Origin: Paramecium tetraurelia
Lineage: Eukaryota
Length of the DNA stretch: 64,000 bases
Direction: 5' to 3'
Assembly (NCBI GenBank): GCA_000165425.1
Contig: CT868009.1
Location: 186,001 to 250,000, forward strand
The translations under genes were made by a program, and so were the position numbers. Every line of letters begins with the position of its first letter. Position 1 is the first letter of the stretch. The notes under the pieces were generated by a model. It searched no databases, was not told the origin of the DNA, and saw nothing but the letters and a program-made list of their open reading frames with translations. Below, in pieces: positions 13,476-26,467 of the stretch.

Positions 13476-13735
13476 TCATCCAAACTAAATTTATGATCTG
13501 CCACCTGGAGGATTTCTTACTTTGACTGATGTTTTTGCATCCTATTGTTATTATTAAACAGGAGGTTGATTGACTTGTTTTCTTCCCAACGGTTGAGCTA
13601 CTTGCTATTAAGGAGTGTAATCTCCCTTGAGGTTTTAAATATGGTATGTACAAATGAGATCGATGAATTTCCTCCAGGTGCTTGATGTAATCTAACTGAT
13701 GGTTTATCTAATCCATATCCTTATATGTTATTCAT
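13476..13735 (-). CDS. Small PGG-motif protein (Jupiter/HN1/SPIRAL1-like microtubule-associated), about 77 aa
   Basis: After removing a 26-nt intron: MNNIQGYGLDKPSVRLHQAPGGNSSISFG..QQQQQDAKTSVKVRNPPGGRSQIQFG-TGA. Confidence 0.75.
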
Positions 13736-14609
13736 TTTTCAAAATTTTAACTGTTATTTATATTATTTAATATTAAATGATGATTATATTTAGAATTTAA
13801 CATAGAATTTTATACAATATCTTATTAAGTAATTAAGAAAATATTTAATTAAACCAATAAATTTTGATAACAACACTTAAATTTTCAATTTTGTTTTGCT
13901 TTTTTTCTCTTCAAATAAGAGTATTTTTACATGAAATGGAGATATGTTTTATTGAAGTAATATGAAAACCTCGGTCTAATACATAGAATGATTTACCTTA
14001 CTAATAACTAATGAATAAAAACGAAAATCTAGTAGAACTCATAGATGAAAGACTTGCATTTCACTTTAAAAAATAAACATCCTGAAGTTTAAAAGCAAAG
14101 ATTTGTTAAGGTACCTTTAACGTTGATTGGCTAATATCTCTTTGATTTGAAAACATAAAAAGATATTGTAAGAGTTACAATTAATTATTATTTATCATAT
14201 TAATTAATATCAATCATTGGTATTTAATATTTAATGGACCTTTGAACTACAATTAAAGTAGCCAATAAAGCACATAATAAATGATTACAATTCTACTATA
14301 ATTGCTCATAGTTTGATTTACTAAATAGTGAGAATTAGTTTATTAACAAGAAGTGATATATTTGAGTTCTTAACTATGATATAATGAATTGCCCTTATAA
14401 TTATATCAAGATGCTTTCAAAAGAAAAATTGAATTAATTTATTATTCATTCAAATCTACTAACCAAAAAATTCTTTATATGATAAATCAGTTCTTAAGAG
14501 ATTCTCATTAATTCCTAGTTGCAGCCCAAATAAGCAATCAATTAGATATTAATATTAAGGAGGGAATTCTAAATACAAAAAATAATTATATATAATTAAT
14601 AATATATAA

Positions 14610-15853
14610 ATGCTTAAAGGCATAAAGAATCGAGGGAACACTTGTTTTCTCAACTCTCTTTTGATTTGTCTATCTAAAAGCCTAGTTGTTAAGAAGGTCA
14701 AAGATGATTTATTTCAATAGTTTCTAATATCGACACTTGAATATTTAAATGAGTGTCATGATGCAAAAAACTTAGAATTGTTTTGGATTGAACTTCGAAA
14801 GAGATAACCTACGCTATTCTCATAGAATCCAGAAAATTAAGAACCCCAAGATGCTTTTGAAATTTTGTTATTTTTATTATCGGAAAGCAAACTTTTAGAT
14901 TACTGCTTAATTATTAGTTAATCTCCTTATTGCGAAATCCCTGAACATAGAGATTGTATTTACATTCATTAAAGTTGGGTGAAAGACATTGTCTATTATA
15001 TATGGGACTAAAATGTTGATATCAACAATTTAAAGCTTTTGGCCGATGTGAATGATAATTCATAAAGTATTAGAATGTTTAAAATGATACCTGGTTCTGC
15101 AGATTAATACAATTGGCATTTAAATGATAAGATGGAAACTGATTTATTTACTTATCATGTAGAAACTTAGTCTAATGAATATTTGTACAAGATTGAGTAA
15201 GGTATGTAGAATTATATTAGAGAATTGTTTTATAATATGTTGAAAATGATATCACACAAACAATTTTGAGAACCCGATTCCTGTATTTAGAATAAAAAAT
15301 CACTTAACATTAATTATATTATCGACTTAGACAATAATTAGAATAAACTCCAGTTAACTTTGATGTTTACAGTGTAAATGGTTATATTAGTGATTAAAAT
15401 GAACTTTGGCAACCTGTTTCGCCGTTGTATTTGGTTTTTAGAACAAAAGATCTAGACGAGTTTCTGTGGTGTAAATAATTGGATATTCCAAATTAAGTTT
15501 TAAATTATTAGAATTTCTTTAAATCTGATAAGCCCTTGTAAGTGGAAGGTTAATTGACCAATACATTAATATTGATATTATAAAGAAATGACATAGTCAA
15601 AAACACAAATCCTTATTTTATAAGATAGGAGCTAAAAGTTAAGGTAAATCTATTTTGAGTAATTAAATAGACAAGAATGTATGATTTAATGGGCATTTGT
15701 TGTCATATAGGTGATGCTAAAGGCGGTCATTACGTAAGTTACATCAAGAATATGAATATGTGGCAAATGTGGGATGATGAAAGAGTTGAAATGCGTAATA
15801 TAGACTTTCAATGTATGCAGACAGCATATATTCTATTTTATAAGTTGAGATGA
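14610..15853 (+). CDS. Ubiquitin-specific protease (peptidase C19)
   Basis: Cys box GIKNRGNTCFLNSLL, PQDAFE, His box YDLMGICCHIGDAKGGHYVSY..WDDERV, and AYILFY; several mini-introns. Confidence 0.88.
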
Positions 15854-16325
15854 TGAGAGTACATAAATTTTATTAATATATTCAATAATTATATAATTAT
15901 AACTACAAAACCCAGTTAGATTTCATTTAAGAATAGGGTTCTATACTTAATTAGAATTACGATTATCATATATAAAGGATATTTATTATTAATTATTACT
16001 AAATCCTTGAAACATACTTTTCAGATACCATAATGGAGATAAATTAATTAACGATGGATTCAACGATAATTCCATTTTTATTTAGAACTATATGACAATT
16101 TCAACAAATCATAATAATAAACATATATTGATCAATGAAGAAAAGAATTGTCAAAATAGAAGATATAAGGCTTAAAATATAATTGATATATATATTAGAA
16201 CTGCAGTCACTTTGAGGGTGACAGAAATGCTAAATATAAAATAGTACCAAATAAATCTGTATATTAATTGTAATTAATAAATACTTTTATGTTCTAAGAA
16301 CAAAAAATAATTATTTAAATTAAAG

Positions 16326-17426
16326 ATGATTCTTGCCTTAATTCTTCTGATATGTGCATTTGATTCGGTCTTGGCCCAGAGAACCTACTGCCAATTGCCC
16401 GATCCAATTTTTAATGATGGGGTAAAAAATTCAACTTGGGGTGATGCAGATCCTTCTGATTGGAATTATTTGAACTCTAATGACTGGAAATGTACTTTAT
16501 TTGCGTTAAGAGTGTAGCTAAGGTTGTTACATGTGGTGCTAGCTTTTAATCTCCCATAAACATAGTAACGACAACAGCCACAAAAGAAAGTACATTCCCA
16601 GCAATCAATTATATATTGAAGTCTTCAACCAAAAATTACTTTGAGGCTCAGCGTATATCTCTTAAATAATTATTCAGGGGATTATACCAAAGAATTAGAG
16701 GGAGAGTATGATTTCATCACTGCATTTGATTTATCCAATTCGCAATACAAGTACTATGCTAGACAGTTCCATATTCACACGCCTTCTGAACATCAAGTAG
16801 ATGGGAAAAACTTTGATTTAGAAGTTCATTTCGTGCATCAAGTACTCTGTTCAATTTATCAGGCTGTTGAAGATGGTGAATAGAGTTGTAATGACATTAG
16901 AAACAAACTGACTGTCTTTGGACTGCTCTTCCAACAGTCCAACACTGCAACCGATTATGAAGTATTCAAGCCATGGTTTGATGACACCGTAAATAGAGTT
17001 ACATCTTTTGATATGAAGTAATCACTCCCTATAACAAAGTGACTTCTTCCAAAGAATGACTGACAAAACCTATTATCACTACACAGGCAGTCTCACAACT
17101 ATGTATATTCTCAGAAACTAACAATAGACCTTGCTCTTAAACAGTGAATTGGTATGTTTTTACATCCCCCTTGCCTATCTCTAAATCGCAATTCAAGCAA
17201 TTCCAAGATTTCCTCGACAATGACGATTACTTCCCTAATAAGGCCAACAATCGTCCCACCCAAAATCTTAATGGACGCACCTTATACAAAGGAGTAAAAT
17301 TATTCGTATATTTCCTAGACTGCCTCTTTCAATGGAGTGACATCCCTTCCTGTTATAGAAGCCTCTTGGAGCTCCATCATCCAGATGGCTATGCTATTAT
17401 TAGTCTAATTGATAATAACGATATGA
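16326..17426 (+). CDS. Alpha-carbonic anhydrase, secreted, possibly GPI-anchored
   Basis: Signal peptide; QSPINI, QFHIHTPSEH, EVHFVH, YTGSLTT-PC and NNRPTQ; six mini-introns; hydrophobic C-terminus IIQMAMLLLVQLIITI. Confidence 0.92.
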
Positions 17427-17812
17427 CATAAATTCTATAGATGATCTATTATTTCAAATGTATAATTTAAATTAACCAAATAATCAATCCCCTGAACGAG
17501 AATCATACAAATCAGTAAAAGTGAAGAAATGTTCAGAATCTTATATTATTAAAATTCGTTAATTCACAATTATTGGTTTTAATATAATATAATAATATAT
17601 TTTAATTAGACACTTTTTATTTAAAATTATAAAACCAGGTGAGTTATGAATGTCACTGTGATAAGACTAACTATTATAATAGAATACAAAAGAGATTTTA
17701 TACTATTTGATGACAAATTTATTCTTCATAAATATTATATAAATTAATAGTAATTTCCTTTTTTTAATAATGATGAAATAAGGAATATAATAATTTAATA
17801 TGTATTAAAATA

Positions 17813-19255
17813 TCAATTTTATACTGCTTTTATAAAACCAACTTTTCTTGGTTCCTAATATTAGTGATATATATATACATCCTATATGAAATGAGTGTAG
17901 TATTCTCTAATGAATAGATCCCCTAAGATTGAAACTTTTTGATCAAAAGGTGCAATCATCAAATAGCATTCGAAAAATGAACATAAAAGATATTTATCAG
18001 GTGTAATTGTAAATACTTTGCCACATAAACTTACTAATAGAATAAACATAAAATCCGTACTTTCAAAGTTGGGATATTCATCAACATCTGCTTGATCACA
18101 TTAGGTTATTCCTTCGAATTGCAGACTGTCAAAACACTTAATTCCAAAATCTTATAAGTACTCAACTAATCTCTAATGATCCTTTTCATATAAGACTATA
18201 AGCGAGGTTCCTGAATCTACAACGAAAAGAGATGTATATAAAATATCGCTCTTTTCATCTTAGGCATTGTGAACAGGCTATATAGATTTTAATGTTCTCT
18301 TTGTATTGCCATCTTTCGATACAAATGCAACATGATCTCCTTGTATAGCCCAATACTTATTGTTTATCACATAACAGTAATGCCATTAATCACTTTGATC
18401 TCCAAGACTGTCTAGTTGCCCACCTAAAATTAATTTCGATTGTTCCTCATCCTTAAGGTGTTCGTCTGTAAGGAAAATTGAAAATTCCTAACTTAGATAA
18501 TCAAAAAACCTTTTTCTCTATTTAATTTTGACTGAACAAATTATCAATCAATGTTGGATATCCATCACTCAAAGTATCAAAGCCAAGTCCTGCTAAGCCA
18601 TCTCCTTCAAATTTTTTTAATTCTGTTAATTCATCCAAAATTAACATAGTTTAATTTCGAATTAACAAAGAACCTATTTTCAAATTCTCAACCATAAACT
18701 ATGCCTCAGCCTTACCAGTACCATATTATAATTTTATCTTCTTTTAAAGATATTTGCAACTGTACGAAGCCTCGCAATCAAAAAATTCTTTCACTCCTGC
18801 TTTTTTGCAAGTATGACAGTCACTTGAAGCCACCCATCTAAAATTAAATTATAAGGATTCTACGTATATGATGAGCCTGTATCAAACAAAACATCAAAGG
18901 TTTACTCTGGTGAGCCCAACTCAATTTTACCAAAATATTGAGCATTGTAGGAATTTCTAATTGGGAGGATATTGGATATTTATTACCTTAATGGAATATA
19001 AGTGATCTAATAGGCGTATTAAATTCTATCTAGATGGTCTAGGAGAGTATTTTAATTTTTAATTTGTTGTTTGTCTTCACGACTCAACTCAAAGGATATT
19101 TTGGTGTCTGAATGTAGAGTTGATTTGATCGCATCTTAAACTCTTTAACCTTTTTAGACCAAGGGTATATGCATTAAGTTCGACTTTCTGGATCTGATTT
19201 ATCTGGAGAAGGTGCAGGAGATTATTAAAGCAAATAGTATTACTTTTATATGCAT
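17813..19255 (-). CDS. Pepsin/cathepsin D-like aspartic protease (A1), preproenzyme
   Basis: Signal peptide MHIKVILFALIISCTFS; NAQYFGKI, FDTGSS, YGTG, DGLAGLGF, VDSGTS and ILGDLFIR. Confidence 0.92.
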
Positions 19256-19454
19256 GCCAATTATAATAATAAAAATTCGAAAATTGTAATAGTGATTATT
19301 ATGATGAATATTTGGAGTGGGATTCGTAACAGAAAGGGTTTGTATTGTGATGGCTTGTGCGTTGCTTGAAGAATTCCGTAATTTGGTTTATTTTTTTTAA
19401 GTTTTATTCTTTATTATGAAAATACTTTATTCACAATTTAAAGTATTTGCGAGC

Positions 19455-19802
19455 TCAATCAAATAGTTCAACTTCTTGAATGAAGGCTTCAGAATCAAAA
19501 GACGAGATAAGATTTTCAAGTTCCTTAAATTTTTCATCTCTTGTCATTGGATTATGAGGCCTTTCGTGATATAAGGTTTCGAAGGTTTGGAGTCTATTAG
19601 TGTTCGTGATGATTACATACAAAACTTTCTGAGGACTTTACGAATGGGTTTATAAAAATGGCTCCTTTGAAGTGCTATCCCAAAGAATGTTAGATTTTGA
19701 ACCCTACTTACTAGAACGAGATGCACTATACTGGAGTCGTAATGGTATTGGTGTATATATGATGGAAGAGTTGAGGGATTAAGGTGTTTTCTAATTAGAC
19801 AT
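19455..19802 (-). CDS. Hypothetical small protein
   Basis: Open frame MSNQKTPQSLNSSIIYTPIPLR..RPHNPMTRDEKF..ELFD-TGA; a 27-nt in-frame intron is possible. Confidence 0.55.
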
Positions 19803-20268
19803 ATTATAATTAATTTTAATGAATAGGAATGAGATTAATATTGGATACTGCTAATATATTTATTTACCAAGGGATTGAATCTAACAGACAGGAACACCTG
19901 GTAGTGAACTCTCCGCCCATCAAAATATTTTATTAAGATTATTAAATATATTTTATATAAAGATTTAATTGCAGATATATTTGAAACTTTGATTGACATC
20001 AAAAATCTATTTAATTTTACTATAATGATCTACATTGGATGCCATATCTATATGAGAGGTATAAAATTTGAGATTTCGCCGTTCTTGTTTAAATGAAAAG
20101 ACTTATTGGAATGATGTGTTTGTTCTATTTTCCAATTGATAAGATCTGAATTTTGTGAGGATAACCCTGCGACTTCTAAAGTTGGGAATAAAAAATAATA
20201 TTAAAAATAAAATCAAATTATTCTCATCTGGTAAACAAAGTTGTCAGAATTGATTTTTAAATTAATTA

Positions 20269-21230
20269 ATGGGATCTTGCCAACATTTGTGCAGATAATA
20301 ACATACTGTGGAGTAGGAAATCACAATGCAATAAAAACTCAAGTAAAGGAAAGAATCTGATAATAACTCCAAGACCAATCATATTGGCTCTCAAAAAGGA
20401 GAAGTTGATGACCTAGTCGGAGAAGAATTCAAGTCACCCAAAGAGATCAAGTAATTCAGCAAACGAATTTAAAATCTCGAAATATCAGGCGACCGAAAAA
20501 ACAGATTTATGCATGATATCGAAGAAGAGATCAAGTACATCATTCAGAAAAAGTATGTCATCTATCATAGTCTAGTATTTAGGAGGAGTAAGAAAATTTG
20601 AAACGCATTCAATAAATTTATGAACAAGAACTTGAACTTCAGAGGAAAGAATAAATTAAAAAATAAAAAGAATAATTAGATAACTAATTTTCATTTTAAA
20701 ATTCCATTATTTAATCAAATGACCACTAAAATGCAAATCCCTTTCAACCTAAATCAACCTCTTAATTTGCCCCCAAAAGAAATGATAATGATTCAGTGTC
20801 TCAAAAATCTTAAATCTCCAAAACTCCAACCCCTCCTTGCAAGGATAAATCTATTTCATCCCAATCAGATATAATGAGAAAAAGCGCTTTAATGAAAATT
20901 ATACAGGCCAGAGAAGAATTAGCCAGTAATAATGCAAGTAAAGGTTCGACCAAAAAAAAAATGATGCTTGATGCCTACGAAAAATTGTTTAGTGAATTCT
21001 TTTCAGCAGATGAAAAAGGGTCAAGCAGCTATAGCAAAACACAAAAGAGCCATAAAAGTATCTTGAAAAATAGATCCTTAACACATCGCAGTTTCTCTGG
21101 TAGTAAATCAATTAAATCAACTCATACTGCAGTCAAAAATTCAAAAAAAGTGAGATTCTCTAAAGAAACCAATTTCAGCTATGAAAGAAAAGGAATCGAA
21201 AAGAAAAAGAAAAAATTTTGGGATTGGTGA
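20269..21230 (+). CDS. Hypothetical low-complexity protein with SILK and KVRF motifs and a possible N-acylation signal
   Basis: Starts MGSCQHLC; intron near 20553-20582; C-terminus HKSILKNRS..SKKVRFSKE..KKKFWDW-TGA. Confidence 0.7.
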
Positions 21231-21452
21231 ATATTTGAAAAGACTTTGATTATTGCTTACTTATTAAATAATTACATATTTACAATCAAAATCTAAGAAG
21301 GGATAAATCTCTCTTTATATTTTCGATTTAAATTGAGTAAATGATGAATGATTTTTTAATCCATTGTCAAATGAGTGTTGATGAGGATAAGAATAGTGAT
21401 ATTTGTTAAATAACTATTTTTTTATTATTATTGTATAGAATAATATTAATAT

Positions 21453-22215
21453 ATGAATTAGATTGAATCAAACAATTTCATTTTGAAAATTTTCAGTGTC
21501 GGAAACAGGGTTTGAATGAAACTTCTATCAATCAAGAATTTAAATGAGAGAATTAAATTCACTTTTTGATTAAGCGGTTTACTCAATATCAATCATCTTG
21601 ACTATGGATTATAACCGGATCAAATTTTAAGCCAAAAGAATGGAAATACACTATCATCTAAGTTTACTAAACAATAAGAAATTATATTTCCTAGCATAAA
21701 TTCAAGAGAGCGTAAAACCTCTCGTTCAAAATGATCTATCATAATTGACTAAATTTGATTCCTATTTGATTAATGATATACTTTTAGAAAACATTGTTAA
21801 AATAACTTCTGGATCTCATAAATTGAAATCGTTAGAGTATTAAAATAAGAAGAATGATGATTTGAGTAAGAAAGCTAATTCATTATTGAGATTAATAGTT
21901 GAGGAATTCAAGTATGGGGTTTTGAATAAATTAAAGATATGATTATTCAATAAGTAGATTACTTTATAATGCAGTACATTTTATTAAAAAAATGATAAAA
22001 CACTTCAGCCTTGATTTATTATAATAAAATGAAAAATTGCTGTTTGGTTTTAAGAATAAGAATTTACTAATTAAAAGAGACATTAATAGGATTAATTTTA
22101 GGAAGTGCAATTTTAACAGAGAGTTTTGACAAGATGGAATAAATAGATTGATAATGTTGTGGATTTTTATGATGATGATTAAAAATAAATAAGTAAATAT
22201 AAAAATTAATGATTA
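21453..22215 (+). pseudogene. Gene-like sequence with no continuous frame (possible decayed gene)
   Basis: Coding-like stretches (e.g. ATG 21544 to about 21940) and intron-like segments, but TGA interrupts every frame I tried. Confidence 0.3.
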
Positions 22216-22358
22216 ATGCTATTTTCAATAAGCTTAGTTTCAATGTAATAATATTAGGATTCACTTTATCCTTTCATTTTGTATGAAGAGTTCAAATTTT
22301 AGAAATAAAATAAATGATGAATTATTTTATGTTATTATTTTATATTAGAAAAATAAGG

Positions 22359-22667
22359 ATGAATTAATGGAGCTAGATAGCTACCTAATTTAAATAAAAT
22401 ATTAAATTATTTGATCAAATAGATGAGTCTGAATTATGCAAAGAGTCGAGTTTTGAGATCAATTATTAGATGAGAAATATAAAATAAAAGAAGGAGAGGC
22501 CTATTGAACCAGACTAGCCAGACCCAGATGAATGTTGTGGTTCTGGTTGTTAAAGATGTGTGTTGGATGTTTACTATGAGAAATTAGAATAATATGAGAA
22601 AGACTTAATGGAATGGTTGGCAGAGTAAGATGAAGATTAAGATGATGGAAACAATCAAAAAGGTTGA
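22359..22667 (+). CDS. Oxidoreductase-like domain protein (Oxidored-like/OXLD1 type)
   Basis: PIEPDQPDPDECCGSGCQRCVLDVYYEKLEQYE; intronless, 102 aa. Confidence 0.85.
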
Positions 22668-22797
22668 TATTGTGGTTCGCATCAATGATGATAATATGTG
22701 TTATGACGAATTAAATTTTTGTATGAGTTATGGTTGAGTTTATATCACAAATATTTCTTGAAATCTAGTAATTTAGTTAAAATAACTTACAAATAGG

Positions 22798-23516
22798 ATG
22801 AGAAAAAGATTAGGAGCAATCCATTCTGATTCAGCTGAAGAATACATTCAACTAGCTCAAACTACTTGGAACATGGATCTCTTCTACTATGATGGCAATT
22901 CCAAGAAACAAGAATAAAACCTTGTGAACTTTGATTTTGATGAGAGGGAAACTAATGTATTAATGTAATCTGATATTCTAGAATACAGAAATAGAGGAGG
23001 AAGTATAGATACAAGCATAGATGGAAACTTAGAATGTAAAAATACTTGTGATGGATGCAGAGAATGAAGCATAATATATCTTTGATTATTGTGATCGAGA
23101 AAGTCATCAAAGGAGGGATTTTGATTATGTTTCAAAGGTTGAAGTCAATGAAAACAAATAAATCACTTACCATTTTTGGATGAACAATCTTAACTCAACT
23201 AAATTCACTGAGATTATTGATGGTAAAATTTATAAATTTATTTTTTAGTATACGTGAAAAATTGTGATGTAGTGATATATATGTACAACAAATCAGTTGA
23301 AGAGCATTATCAAGATTTCATTGAAAAGATATCCAAAATTAATAATAAGAGATTTACTATTTACAAAGTGAAGAATGCTATGAATAGAACTCAAGTATTT
23401 TTTTAGTTATAATATTTTAGAGTTTTGATAAACTAAGCGATTAAAATACAGAAAATGTGATTGCAGTGAGAAGCCTGTAAGAAGCCATCTCTAAAACCAT
23501 TAACTAATATATATGA
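22798..23516 (+). CDS. Divergent Rab/Ras-fold protein lacking G-motifs (putative pseudo-GTPase)
   Basis: After three mini-introns: VKILVM..DFDYVSKVEVNENKQITYHFWMNNLNSTKFTEIIDVYVKNCDVVIYMYN, which parallels Rab beta2-beta4. Confidence 0.6.
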
Positions 23517-23666
23517 TTATAAACCAATATTTATTTTGCTTACTACGATTGTTAAATAAACGTGAAATCAGAGTTATCAAGTGTGTGCAATATTGGAATG
23601 TGATTTTTCTATTTTATTTTATTTAATTTTATTATGTAAAACGGATTTATTTTCATTTATTATTAT

Positions 23667-24860
23667 ATGAAATTATTATTGTTTGTGTTTATCGTATACA
23701 CTTATGCGACAAGTGCACAATACAGATAAGCGATGGAGGATGTATACAGTAAACTATTCTTTAGCTTAACGATGATAACTTTGGTTAAACCCTTCTTGAA
23801 ACCATTCAAATGCATATCTAATCCGAGGAGCCTGTAGGAAATTTAGTCAACATGTTATAAAATCTTCAATCGTAAGTGGAAAAGGTGTAATACAAATCTG
23901 AAGAGCAACACAAGAGAATTTCTACGAATTGCTACCTCAACTTAGGTTAGTTGAACGATCAAATTGATAATTACAAAATTAAATCTGTGACTCTAAAATC
24001 GTATATTGACACTCTCAATCCAAATGTCAAATAGAGTGTGGCAATGGTGGAAAGAAAAGAAAAAGAAAAAGTATTTCTACCTAAAATTAAGATAGGATGA
24101 CTATAAGCAAGAATTGAAATTAGCAGCAGAAAAAAGAGAGAAGGAACACGAAACCTATACCACCATTTTAGATAACCTTGAGCAAGCCTTATTCGGTTTC
24201 CATCAAATTAAGTTAGCTTTTAATCAATTTATCGATTCTGTACAAAAAGGGTAACGTAAATTTGAGTCATTCGCTGAAATGAAATAAGTGTTAAAATAAG
24301 TTAAACACACATACAAACTTGAAGGGTACAAGCATTTCGTGCAATTACTCTAGTCTCTATCAAAGTAGACAAGTGAAGAAGTATTACATTTCATATATTT
24401 TAGGAAGCATTAAAATTAGCAATTCAATTGAGTGCTATTCTGAAATAAATAGAATCATACATTCAAACTGAAAGAACCAGAGAAGATCAAGCAGAATTGG
24501 CTAGAGAAGCAGCTTATAATGATTACAAAGCTCAAATAGCTGATTTGTTCAATGAATCTTCAAAATCTCTTACTGAAATGACAGGTATTATTTATGAATA
24601 AAAGAGGAATTTTGGATAGCCAGTCGAATGAATTGAAATAGAGTGAGAATGAAAAAATGGAAGTTGATGTCAGATTATAAAATAAAATGAAAGAATTTGA
24701 GAACATACAAGCTGAATGTTCAATTCTAGATTAAGAATATTAGTAATCAACTAAATAAAGAAATTAACAAAGTAAATTACTAGATTAAGCAATTTTGTTA
24801 ACGACAACTTCACTAGGATAATTGAAGAGCGACTTATTAAAGCATGCTGAAGTTTATTGA
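23667..24860 (+). CDS. Trichocyst matrix protein-like precursor
   Basis: Signal peptide MKLLLFVFIVYTYA; NFGQTLLETIQM..PVGNLVNMLQNLQ..C; coiled-coil with spaced Cys typical of TMP/GRL granule proteins. Confidence 0.75.
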
Positions 24861-24967
24861 TGTATTCAAACCATGAAAATTTAAGCATTATTATTCTACA
24901 TTAATTATCTTCTTCTTTTAATCATGTGGCTATCATATTGATATTATTAATAAATATTAAAAATAAA

Positions 24968-26444
24968 ATGTCTAAAATTGACGAACAGTAAATCATCAAA
25001 AATACTAAAAGTATGTAGAAAATGCAGGAAATTGCAGATCGCATCTATGCTACTACTGGTGATTTGACTAAAAGTATGAGCATTGCAATATATAGCAATT
25101 AGTTCTGATAGTATATTGAAACCGTCTAAATTGACATAAGAATAATTATTATTATAATCAAAGAAGATTGATAATATCTAGGATAGTAAGTAGAAGAAGG
25201 GTAAAGGGTAATAATCAACTTCAGCCAATAAAAATGAGTTAAATTCAATAGAATGGGTCAATAAATTATAAGAAATACAATAATAACACAATGAAGACAA
25301 GAAAAAACTGAGAGAAGAACTCATTGCTAGATATGTGTAAAGGGAAATGGAATTTAAGAAAACAATTGATGAATTACAATAAGAATTGAGATCCAGAACT
25401 GCCTTGGATTAGACTGATAAGAAAGTTATGGAGATGATTTATAAAGATCATAGCAAAATTATAGATGGCATCAATAATATTTAGTTGAGGACTTCTAAAA
25501 TCCTAGTCGATTAAGAAAGAGATATCATTAGATTTTTTAATAATAAAATTAATGAAATAAAGAAACAATTTTAAGAGGAAAGAGAGAAGAAGGGTTAGAA
25601 TGATAAAGAGTATATCTAAAAGGAGAATCAATTGATAAGCGAATTAGAATGGATTAAGAAGATTGCGTAAAAAATCGATGACGAAAATCATTAATTGATG
25701 TAAAAGTATAAGGAACTGAAGGTTGAGTATTAAACTTAGGAAAGAGATAGAGAAATGTTAATGAAGGAGTTGATAATCAAAAAAAAGGAAAATGCCATAC
25801 TCAAATCATAAATATAATAATATGAAAAGTTATTGAATGATGTTTAAAAAGAGGATGATTAGGAGTCCAATTAGGATTAAATCTTAGATAAATCTGGGGT
25901 TAAAAATCAAAAAACTGAGAAATCTAAATAATCGTCATCCTAATAGCAAGTGCGATTTCCACAAATAACAAATTCGTAAGTTTCACAAAGCGTTGATGAA
26001 GTATAAAAAGCAAAGTATAATATTTATTTTAAGGAGAATAGATATTAGAATATAATTAAGACCTATTAGGACACATAGAAAAAAGAACAAAAGAGACTAA
26101 GAGAAATCAAATAACTTTACATTAAAGAGTTATCTGCTAAAACAGAACTATACAACATTTTAAGATAGTGTATTGAAGATATTAAGGAAGAGATAATTTA
26201 AGTGAGAAGTGACGAGAGGACTTTGAAAAAGAATAAGAGTAATTTATGATTAAATTTAGATTAAAGTAATGAGGAAGTAAAGATGGAGAAGGAGGATAGG
26301 GAAAAATTGATTGAAAACTTACTAAAACACGAAAGGGTCATCCAAGTTATAAGTGATAAGATATTTTACGATAAGAAGAACTATGATGAAACAATGATGC
26401 AATAACAGTATGAAGAAACAAATTACAATGATGAATAATATTGA
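24968..26444 (+). CDS. Hypothetical coiled-coil protein
   Basis: MSKIDEQQIIKN.. long heptad-rich frame with several introns; C-terminal DREKLIEKLLKHERV; TGA 26442-26444. Confidence 0.7.
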
Positions 26445-26467
26445 ATATTTAATAATTTTCTTAATTG

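Noticed and set aside
13931..14200. Fragment ENLVELIDE resembling ENLVKLI in the tandem kinases
   Set aside because: Too short, surrounded by TGA codons, and no other kinase motifs.
22642..22737. Overlapping ORF MMETIKKVDIVVRIND.. starting inside the end of the Oxidored-like gene
   Set aside because: It is short and ends at a TGA with no convincing splice into the next gene, which has its own ATG at 22798.
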